A stretch of DNA of 64,000 bases from Lachnospiraceae bacterium. GTDB taxonomy: Bacteria; Bacillota; Clostridia; Lachnospirales; Lachnospiraceae. The stretch covers positions 11,161 through 75,160 of the forward strand of contig JAZLGZ010000088.1 of NCBI GenBank assembly GCA_045616585.1, read 5' to 3'. Within the stretch, counting starts at the first letter, position 1. Each line of letters opens with the position of its first letter. The position numbers and the translations under genes are program-made. Below, piece after piece: positions 46,841 through 54,201 of the stretch. The notes beneath the pieces were generated by a model. It saw nothing but the letters and a program-made list of their open reading frames with translations. It searched no databases and was not told where the DNA came from.

Positions 46841-47302
46841 ATGGCAGATAATAATTTAACCTCAAGCCTCGACGCTACACAGTACATCGGCGTTGTGATC
46901 GGAAATGAGCAGTACGGTATTGATATTAAATATGTCGACAATATCGTAAAAATGCAGAGAATTACACGAGTTCCCAAGGCGCAGCCTTACTTTAACGGTG
47001 TTATCAATATCCGTGGAGAGATTATTCCCGTTATGAGTCTTAGAGTTAAGTTCGGCAAGGAACCTGATGAGTTTACCGGAAAAACCCGTATTCTTATTAT
47101 CAAGCCCGAGCAGCAGGCTGCAATCGGATTCATTGTTGATGAAGTTAAAGAGGTTGTAAACCTTTGTGAGAGCGACATAGATAAGAAAAACAGCGCTGAC
47201 AGCAGCGCAACCTACATTTTCGGTGTAGGAAAACATGCAGACGGTCTGATTTCTCTTTTGAATATTCAGGCAGTACTTGCTGAGAAAGAAGAAGCTAAAT
47301 AA
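46841..47302 (+). CDS. cheW: Chemotaxis coupling protein CheW.
   Basis: 153-aa CheW fold (YGIDIKYVDNI, NGVINIRGEIIPV). Confidence 0.93.
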   Translation: MADNNLTSSLDATQYIGVVIGNEQYGIDIKYVDNIVKMQRITRVPKAQPYFNGVINIRGEIIPVMSLRVKFGKEPDEFTGKTRILIIKPEQQAAIGFIVDEVKEVVNLCESDIDKKNSADSSATYIFGVGKHADGLISLLNIQAVLAEKEEAK

Positions 47303-47332
47303 TTTACTTATTATATATGGGGGGGCATAATT

Positions 47333-47956
47333 GTGTCGGCACGTCTTGAAGAATTTTCTGAAATGGAATTTGATGTTCTTAAAGAAATAGAAAATATCGG
47401 TGCGGGTAATGCAACCACCGCTATTTCGGAAATGATGGGAATTAAAGTAAATATGGATGTTCCCGTTATTAAGTTCCTTGAGTTTAAGGAACTTGCCGAA
47501 GTAATAGGCGGCGCTGAGAACATCGTTACCGGTATCCTTTTGGGACTTGAAAAAGACATTGACGGAATGATGATGTTCGTTATGGATTGCTCATCGGCAC
47601 AAAGACTCATCAGTCGTATTTTGGGAACGGAAGTCAAAGAAGGCTGTGATTTTACCGAAATGGGACTTTCTGTTCTTCAGGAGCTTGGAAATATCATTGC
47701 AGGCTCATATTTGTCGGCGATTTCGTCTCTTACCGGACTTTCAATATCGCCTACGGTACCTTATTTGTCAGTTGATATGGCAGGCGCCATTTTATCGGTA
47801 CCTGCCATAGAATACGGAAAGGTCAGTGACAAGGCATTGCTTATTCAGTCGGAATTCGGTGACGAGGATATGGCTGTTGACGGTTATTTTATTCTTGTTC
47901 CTACTCTCGAAGCCTTCGAGACCATATTTAAGTCTTTGGGGTTGCCAATAAACTGA
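47333..47956 (+). CDS. cheC: CheY-P phosphatase CheC.
   Basis: GTG start. Duplicated CheC motifs (EIENIGAGNATTAISEMMG and LQELGNIIAGSYLSAIS). Confidence 0.88.
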   Translation: MSARLEEFSEMEFDVLKEIENIGAGNATTAISEMMGIKVNMDVPVIKFLEFKELAEVIGGAENIVTGILLGLEKDIDGMMMFVMDCSSAQRLISRILGTEVKEGCDFTEMGLSVLQELGNIIAGSYLSAISSLTGLSISPTVPYLSVDMAGAILSVPAIEYGKVSDKALLIQSEFGDEDMAVDGYFILVPTLEAFETIFKSLGLPIN

Positions 47957-47971
47957 TAAGGACAGAAAACT

Positions 47972-48457
47972 ATGGGTGAAATGATAAAGGTCGGCATGGC
48001 CGACATGAATGTCTGCAAAGCTCCCAATGCCATTACTACTTTGGGGCTGGGTTCATGTATCGGGGTTGTGCTTTATGATGTAAGAACCAAAACGTGCGGC
48101 ATGGTCCATATTATGCTTCCGGACAGCACTATTATCAAGAACAATGAAAACCCCGCCAAGTTTGCCGATACAGGCATTCGGGATATGATAGATAAATTGT
48201 CGAAGATGGGTATCATGCGGAACACCCTTTTGGCTAAGATTGCCGGAGGGGCTCAGATGTTTGCGTTCAATACCAATAACGAAATGCTTAAGGTTGGACA
48301 AAGAAACGCAGAGGCAGTAAGAAAGATACTTGCCGGATACGGAATTAAAATTGTTTCCGAGGACTGCGGCAGTACATACGGACGAACTATAGAATTTTAT
48401 CCCGAAACCTCCGAACTTTATATCAAGGCTATTGGGAAACCATTAAAAATAATATAA
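47972..48457 (+). CDS. cheD: Chemoreceptor glutamine deamidase CheD.
   Basis: GLGSCIGVVLYD with the catalytic Cys. 161 aa, following cheC as in B. subtilis. Confidence 0.92.
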   Translation: MGEMIKVGMADMNVCKAPNAITTLGLGSCIGVVLYDVRTKTCGMVHIMLPDSTIIKNNENPAKFADTGIRDMIDKLSKMGIMRNTLLAKIAGGAQMFAFNTNNEMLKVGQRNAEAVRKILAGYGIKIVSEDCGSTYGRTIEFYPETSELYIKAIGKPLKII

Positions 48458-48461
48458 TAGG

Positions 48462-48827
48462 TTGGTGTCATTAGTGAAAGACAAACCTTTGGCAATTATC
48501 ATAACGTTACTTGGTGGCGCGGTCTGCAGTATCTGTTGTATACTGAAAGGGGTCGGGCTGCTTTGGACGTTGTTGACAACACTTATTACGCTTTTGGTAT
48601 TCCTTCTGATAGGATTAATCGTAAACAGAAACCTGAGTGCAGTTAAGAAGGAGTACGAAGAAGCCGAAAAAGAGAGAAAAGAAATGCTCGAAGCCGAAAG
48701 GCTTCGTGAAGCGGAACTTTTGGAAGCACGCAATTTGTGGGAGCAGGAGCATCCGGGTGAACCTTTTCCCGAGGATATCGCACCCAAGGAAGAAAATCCT
48801 GATAAAGAAGGCGAGCTGCATTTGTAA
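48462..48827 (+). CDS. Hypothetical small membrane protein (2 TM helices plus a charged helical tail) between cheD and sigD.
   Basis: The ORF fills the gap exactly, with TTG 48462 or in-frame GTG 48474 after AGGTTGG. Hydrophobic N-half and a tail reading EYEEAEKERKEMLEAERLREAELLEARNLWEQEH. I recognise no family. Confidence 0.5.
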   Translation: MVSLVKDKPLAIIITLLGGAVCSICCILKGVGLLWTLLTTLITLLVFLLIGLIVNRNLSAVKKEYEEAEKERKEMLEAERLREAELLEARNLWEQEHPGEPFPEDIAPKEENPDKEGELHL

Positions 48828-48877
48828 TGTATGCTGCTGATTTCGATTAGTTTTTTATAAAAGGGGAATAATGGCGT

Positions 48878-49636
48878 ATGGCAGTTGATAAGGATAAATT
48901 ATGGAGTGAGTACTCTCTCAACAGAAGTGCCGAACTTCGTGAACAACTTATAATTGAATATGCTCCTTTGGTTAAACTGGTAGCCGGGAAACTCAGTATG
49001 TATCTGGGCTACAATGTTGAATTTGATGATTTGGTGGGCTACGGAGTATTCGGACTGATTGATGCAATCGACAAGTTTGATTACGGAAAAGGCGTAAAGT
49101 TTGAAACTTATGCTTCTCTTCGAATCAGAGGAGCGATTCTTGACCAGATCAGAAAAATGGACTGGATTCCGAGAACAGTAAGACAAAAGCAGAAGGAACT
49201 TGACAATGCTTACAGGAAGATCGAGGACGAGACCGGAAGACCTGCAACGGATGAACAGGTCGCGGAGGAACTCGGTATTTCCATGGATGAGCTTGACGAA
49301 ATACAGAACGAGACCAAGGTTTCGAATATTATTTCACTGGACGAGTACATGGACCAGGGAGAAGTAAGGGTTGAACCCAGAGCCGATAAGGATTATATGC
49401 AGCCGGAGAAGGTAGTGGAGAAGGCCGAACTCAAGAGACTGCTGCTGGAGGTTTTGCAGACACTTACGGATAAGGAAAAGAAGGTTATTACTTTATATTA
49501 CTATGAAGATTTAACTCTTAAGGAAATCAGTCGTGTACTTGAAGTGTCTGAGTCCAGAGTATCACAGCTTCATTCAAAGGCACTTGTGAAGATGAAGCAG
49601 CGACTCGGAAGCAATATGGAGATGTTTTTAGGTTAG
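48878..49636 (+). CDS. sigD: Flagellar sigma factor sigma-28 (SigD/FliA).
   Basis: Sigma-70 regions 2-4 (DLVGYGVFGLIDAIDKFD, LKEISRVLEVSESRVSQLHSKAL). Position after cheD. Confidence 0.93.
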   Translation: MAVDKDKLWSEYSLNRSAELREQLIIEYAPLVKLVAGKLSMYLGYNVEFDDLVGYGVFGLIDAIDKFDYGKGVKFETYASLRIRGAILDQIRKMDWIPRTVRQKQKELDNAYRKIEDETGRPATDEQVAEELGISMDELDEIQNETKVSNIISLDEYMDQGEVRVEPRADKDYMQPEKVVEKAELKRLLLEVLQTLTDKEKKVITLYYYEDLTLKEISRVLEVSESRVSQLHSKALVKMKQRLGSNMEMFLG

Positions 49637-49659
49637 CAAACTGTAGTGGGGAGAATAAG

Positions 49660-51258
49660 ATGCAGAACGGATATTTTAAACTTGACAGGAGAAAAGATGG
49701 AGCTTATCTGGTTGTTTATCCTCCTTTTGATATGGGAACACCGGTCGACGCCGTAGAGGTCACAAGATATCTTGACGGGTTTAATATTGATTATGAGAAG
49801 AGCGTTGTTTACGATTTGGTGAAGCGTGCCGACAAAGAAGATCCCGTTGAGGCAAGACTGACAACTCTTCAGATCGGAAGCATCGACGAAATGGTTGTGG
49901 TATCTATGTCCTCAGACTGCTTAAGCGCAATCGGACGTTTTTATCCTCCGTCGAATGACGGACGGTTTATGACCAAGGAAGATATTTTGCATCAACTTTC
50001 ACGTCAGGGCGTCAAGTTCGGAATAGATGATACACAGGTCAGTTCATTCCTTGAAGCAAGAAAGTATTGTACTTCTTATATTCTTGCTGAGGCAGAGATG
50101 CCGATTGAGGGTCATGATGCGGTTATCGAATATCATTTTAATACTGACCTTTCGAGAAAACCCAAGATGAACGAAGACGGATCGGTGGATTTCCATCAGC
50201 TTGATACCGTAAGTCATATCGAAAAGGACATGGTGCTTGCAACCCTTACTCCCGCGGTTCACGGAAAGCCCGGTACCGATGTAATGGGAAAGCCTATAAA
50301 GCCCCGTAATGTTGCAGTTAAGTTTTTACGTCAGGCAAAGCATACACATTTGTCTCCCGACGGACTTCAGCAGATCAGCGATGTAAACGGACATGCTTCT
50401 TTGATTGACGGTGTTCTGTTTGTTTCGGACACATATCTTGTTCCCGCAAATGTAGATCCCACAACGGGAGATATCGATTATAACGGAAATGTCGAGGTTG
50501 TCGGTAATGTCAATACCGGTTATAAGGTTACTGCTACCGGGGACATTATCGTAGACGGTATCGTAGAGGGTGCGGAACTTTATGCCGGCGGTCAGATTAT
50601 CCTGAAAAGAGGAATTCAGGGAATGACAAAGGGTATTCTTCAGGCCGGAACCAATATAATCACGAAGTTTATTGAAAATGCGGAGGTTTCAGCCGGAGGT
50701 TTTATTCAGACTGAATCAATCATGCACAGCAATGTTACCGCAGGTGAAGAGATTATCGTTAAGGGGCGAAAAGGTTTCATTACAGGCGGAAGTGTCAAAT
50801 CAGGCAAATATATTGATGCAAAGACGATCGGATCGGTTATGGGCACAAACACTAATTTGGAGGTCGGTGTAAACATGAAGCTGACTCAGGAGGTTAAAGC
50901 TCTTGAGAAGGAACATGCCGATGTAGTAGCGACCATTGACCGCGATGAAAAGATTATCGCATTTATTTCAAACAAGATTAAGAATCATGAACAGATTCCT
51001 CCGGACAGACTTCAGCAGTTCCAGCTTGTTGTTGCCGAGAAGAAGAAGCTTGAATCCAGGGAAATTGAGATTATGGATTCGATAGATCATCTCAACGAGC
51101 AGCTTGATAATGCGGTCGGAGGATATATCAGAGTGGATGATGTTATTTATCCGGGATGTAAGGTTACCGTATCGAATATCACCACATATATAAGAACAGA
51201 AACCAAACACGGAAAACTTGTAAGAGACGGAGCAGATGTAAGAGTTTCGGCATATTAA
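49660..51258 (+). CDS. FapA-family (DUF342) protein.
   Basis: 532 aa. N-terminal FapA_N-like region, a central beta-helix with repeated G-x-I/V turns (GDIIVDGIVEGAELYAGGQIILKRGIQG) and a C-terminal coiled coil. Confidence 0.75.
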   Translation: MQNGYFKLDRRKDGAYLVVYPPFDMGTPVDAVEVTRYLDGFNIDYEKSVVYDLVKRADKEDPVEARLTTLQIGSIDEMVVVSMSSDCLSAIGRFYPPSNDGRFMTKEDILHQLSRQGVKFGIDDTQVSSFLEARKYCTSYILAEAEMPIEGHDAVIEYHFNTDLSRKPKMNEDGSVDFHQLDTVSHIEKDMVLATLTPAVHGKPGTDVMGKPIKPRNVAVKFLRQAKHTHLSPDGLQQISDVNGHASLIDGVLFVSDTYLVPANVDPTTGDIDYNGNVEVVGNVNTGYKVTATGDIIVDGIVEGAELYAGGQIILKRGIQGMTKGILQAGTNIITKFIENAEVSAGGFIQTESIMHSNVTAGEEIIVKGRKGFITGGSVKSGKYIDAKTIGSVMGTNTNLEVGVNMKLTQEVKALEKEHADVVATIDRDEKIIAFISNKIKNHEQIPPDRLQQFQLVVAEKKKLESREIEIMDSIDHLNEQLDNAVGGYIRVDDVIYPGCKVTVSNITTYIRTETKHGKLVRDGADVRVSAY

Positions 51259-51273
51259 TGGGGAAGTGCAGCT

Positions 51274-51597
51274 ATGATTACGCCTATAGAAATGTATACT
51301 ATGGTTCCGAAGAACCAGGAGGCAACACATATTCGGGCCGGCGAACAGGCCAGGGATATGTCGCAGCAGGCAGGGACTCTTCAGTCAATCGAACAGCGTG
51401 CGGTTGAAAATACTCAGCGTACGACAAAAATGAGCGAGACGGAGAATCCCGATTACCGCTATGATGCAAAAGAGAAAGGAAACGGCGAGTATTCTTCTGA
51501 TGGGGAGAGGAAGAAGAAAGAGCAGGAGAAACGGAATCATCCTTCGGGACCGGTAAACATGTCCAGGCATCCCGGCGGAATAGATATCAGAATTTAG
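51274..51597 (+). CDS. Hypothetical hydrophilic 107-aa protein.
   Basis: ORF with a GGGGAAG RBS, 15 nt after the FapA stop. No TM helix, with a K/E/R-rich C-terminal half. No family recognised. Confidence 0.45.
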   Translation: MITPIEMYTMVPKNQEATHIRAGEQARDMSQQAGTLQSIEQRAVENTQRTTKMSETENPDYRYDAKEKGNGEYSSDGERKKKEQEKRNHPSGPVNMSRHPGGIDIRI

Positions 51598-51612
51598 AGG
51601 GGAACGTTGAAT

Positions 51613-52398
51613 ATGACAGGGCTTGAGATTACTTTATTCATATTGGGTACAGCCTTTATTATTATCAGCTTTTTTATCGTGGGAAATAACGAGAGTTCTG
51701 CAAAGAACTCTGCGATGAGTGCTCTGGAAGCAGATTCTTTCGAGCAGCTTCGCTCGGATGTTATGACCAAGACGGTTAAAGAGGCTGATATTATTTTGCA
51801 TGAAGCCGAGGATAAACTCGAGACTCTTTCAAACGATAAGATTATTGCCGTCGGTGAATATTCCGATCAGATGCTTGAGAAAATCAGTGCAAATCACAAG
51901 GAAGTTGTTTTCCTTTATCAGATGTTAAATGAGAAAGAAGAGGAACTTAAAGCAACTGCATTGAAGATGGAGAATATTCGTGTGGACTGTGAGAAGCTGC
52001 TCAAGGAAGCGAAGAAGGCTGAGCAGTACGAGCAGGCGGAACAGCCCGAACGTTCGGAGCAAAAGACTGTGGAAGCGGTAGTTCCTCGCAGACTCGATGA
52101 GGCCAGGCAGGCTGCCGAAAATTCAACTTCGGCGCGTGCTTCTTCCGGAACTTCAAAAAACGTGACCCCGGCTGCAAAAGGTTCTGCTGCGGCAGCAAAG
52201 AAGACAGCAAATGCTTCGAAAACAGGTACGGTCAAGAGAAAACAGCCTCCTGTATCCGAACCTATAGACAGCGGGGTGCTTAATCGTAATGATGAGATAA
52301 TCGCACTTCATAAGAGCGGTAAATCGGTTATGGAGATATCAAAGCTGCTCGGAATGGGGCAGGGTGAAGTAAAACTGATTATATCGTTATATTGCTGA
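51613..52398 (+). CDS. Membrane-anchored coiled-coil protein with a C-terminal HTH-like motif, occupying the swrB-equivalent position.
   Basis: ATG 51613 is 9 nt after AGAGGGG. TM helix LEITLFILGTAFIIISFFIV, a coiled coil, an Ala/Ser/Lys-rich linker and a C-terminal IIALHKSGKSVMEISKLLGMGQGEVKLIISLY. Confidence 0.6.
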   Translation: MTGLEITLFILGTAFIIISFFIVGNNESSAKNSAMSALEADSFEQLRSDVMTKTVKEADIILHEAEDKLETLSNDKIIAVGEYSDQMLEKISANHKEVVFLYQMLNEKEEELKATALKMENIRVDCEKLLKEAKKAEQYEQAEQPERSEQKTVEAVVPRRLDEARQAAENSTSARASSGTSKNVTPAAKGSAAAAKKTANASKTGTVKRKQPPVSEPIDSGVLNRNDEIIALHKSGKSVMEISKLLGMGQGEVKLIISLYC

Positions 52399-52417
52399 TT
52401 GAACGGGAGAAATGACA

Positions 52418-53197
52418 ATGAAACTGAAATATTATATGAGGGGTGTCGGAAGCGGCATTTTGTTCACGCTCTTCATATTCGTGGTTATTATTATCCCGAA
52501 TTTGAAGCTTGAACAAAAAATAAGCGATAATACCAATCCTTCTTCGATTGAACAGCCCGGAGACGGTGTGGCATCAATTGTGGGTAAGAATCCTGAAGTT
52601 GAGCTCGGACCCGACGACAGTTCTTTTACTCCGCCGGTAAAACAGGAGGACAGCACCGCTGAGAATCCGGATACTTCCGGATCTTTCGATACAAACGTGT
52701 CAGACAAGAATGCGTTCGTAAAATCCGAAGAAACAACCGAGAAGATATCCGACAGTCAGACCGGAAATCCATCGGATAGTCTGAGCACCGATGACAATGA
52801 GGACTCGCCTGAACGGAATAATCCGCAGGAGAACGAAAGCGAATCCGAAGTTGATGAAGGCGATGGTAGGGAGTTGGCGGATGAGACGATACAGGCCGAC
52901 AACAGTACCGCAAAAAGCGATTACGAAGCTTCGAACTCCGATAACGCCATCGAAAAGAACGGAGCAGTGGATTCATCGACTGGGGATGTTACGTTTTCCA
53001 TTACCAAAGGGATGACTTCGGAAACTTTCTGCAAGGCTATGGAGAAGTACGGAATTATCAACGACTGGAAAGCTCTGAACGGATACATCAGCAGACATGG
53101 CTATTCCGGCAAGATTCAGATCGGAACCTTTACTTTTAAAAAGGGAATGTCACACGAAGACATCTGCAGAAAGATAATGGGTAAAAATGTAAAATAA
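52418..53197 (+). CDS. Membrane-anchored acidic protein with a C-terminal MltG/YceG N-domain-like module and no catalytic domain.
   Basis: TM helix GILFTLFIFVVIIIP, a roughly 150-aa D/E/S/N-rich region, then FSITKGMTSETFCKAMEKYGIINDW...KIQIGTFTFKKGMSHEDICRKI. Confidence 0.5.
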   Translation: MKLKYYMRGVGSGILFTLFIFVVIIIPNLKLEQKISDNTNPSSIEQPGDGVASIVGKNPEVELGPDDSSFTPPVKQEDSTAENPDTSGSFDTNVSDKNAFVKSEETTEKISDSQTGNPSDSLSTDDNEDSPERNNPQENESESEVDEGDGRELADETIQADNSTAKSDYEASNSDNAIEKNGAVDSSTGDVTFSITKGMTSETFCKAMEKYGIINDWKALNGYISRHGYSGKIQIGTFTFKKGMSHEDICRKIMGKNVK

Positions 53198-53201
53198 ATT
53201 C

Positions 53202-53230
53202 TTGCATTAACATAATTGTTGTGCTAAAAT
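53202..53230 (+). promoter_or_regulatory. Putative sigma-A promoter of rpsB-tsf.
   Basis: TTGCAT (53202-53207), 17-nt spacer, TAAAAT (53225-53230), leaving a leader of about 150 nt. Confidence 0.55.
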
Positions 53231-53384
53231 TTAAAAGGTTGTGCGAGTGTACAGCTGTGTTTGTGTGTTTACACATCACAATATCAATCACGTATGTTAT
53301 TGGAGAACTTGGTGCGGCCCGCTCATGGTCGTCAGTTCGATGAAGACAGACATGCGGAAGAAAAACCAAACGGAGGATTTTAAA

Positions 53385-54119
53385 ATGAGTGTTATTTCAA
53401 TGAAGCAGCTCCTTGAAGCAGGTGTTCATTTCGGACATCAGACCAGACGTTGGAACCCTAAGATGGCTCCTTACATCTATACCGAGAGAAACGGTATCTA
53501 CATCATCGACCTTCAGAAGTCAGTTGGAAAGGTTGACGAGGCTTACTTCGCAATCAAGGACAGCGTTGCAAACGGCGGCAAGGTATTATTCGTAGGAACA
53601 AAGAAGCAGGCTCAGGACGCTATCAAGAGCGAGGCAGAGCGTTGCGGTATGTACTACGTTAACGAGAGATGGCTTGGTGGTATGCTTACCAACTTCAAGA
53701 CTATCAAGACTCGTATCAATCGTCTTAAGGCTATCGAGAAGATGAGCGAGGACGGAACATTTGATGTTCTTCCCAAGAAGGAAGTTATCCAGCTCAAGAA
53801 GGAGTGGGAGAAGTTAGAGAAGAACCTTAGTGGTATCAAGGATATGGGCGGAATTCCCGATGTTATCTTTGTAGTTGACCCTAAGAAGGAGAAGATTTGT
53901 GTTCAGGAGGCACATGCACTTGGCATTACACTTGTTGGTATTGCTGATACAAACTGCGATCCTGAGGAACTTGATTATGTTATCCCCGGAAATGATGATG
54001 CTATCCGTGCAGTAAAGCTTATCGTTGCTAAGATGGCTGATGCTGTTATTGAGGCTAATCAGGGTGCTGATGCTGTAGTTGAGGAAGCTCCTGCTGAGGA
54101 AGCTCCCGCTGAGGCATAA
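53385..54119 (+). CDS. rpsB: 30S ribosomal protein S2.
   Basis: [27 protein letters not shown] after a GGAGG RBS. The track's upstream extension from 53241 is not S2-like. Confidence 0.96.
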   Translation: MSVISMKQLLEAGVHFGHQTRRWNPKMAPYIYTERNGIYIIDLQKSVGKVDEAYFAIKDSVANGGKVLFVGTKKQAQDAIKSEAERCGMYYVNERWLGGMLTNFKTIKTRINRLKAIEKMSEDGTFDVLPKKEVIQLKKEWEKLEKNLSGIKDMGGIPDVIFVVDPKKEKICVQEAHALGITLVGIADTNCDPEELDYVIPGNDDAIRAVKLIVAKMADAVIEANQGADAVVEEAPAEEAPAEA

Positions 54120-54144
54120 TCTTATTTGAGCAGAAAACCTTTAG

Positions 54145-54171
54145 GGGCGAGGCTTGCCTCGCCCTATTTTT
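54145..54171 (+). terminator. Stem-loop/terminator between rpsB and tsf.
   Basis: GGGCGAGG-CTTG-CCTCGCCC followed by TATTTTTAT. Confidence 0.75.
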
Positions 54172-54201
54172 ATATTTCAAATTTATTAGGAGGATACTTA
54201 C

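Noticed and set aside
51274-51597. Calling the 107-aa post-sigD ORF the anti-sigma factor FlgM.
   Set aside because: Its size and disorder are compatible with FlgM, but I cannot see the conserved C-terminal sigma-28-binding helices of FlgM. In Firmicutes, flgM normally sits in the flgM-flgN-flgK-flgL locus. It is left as hypothetical.
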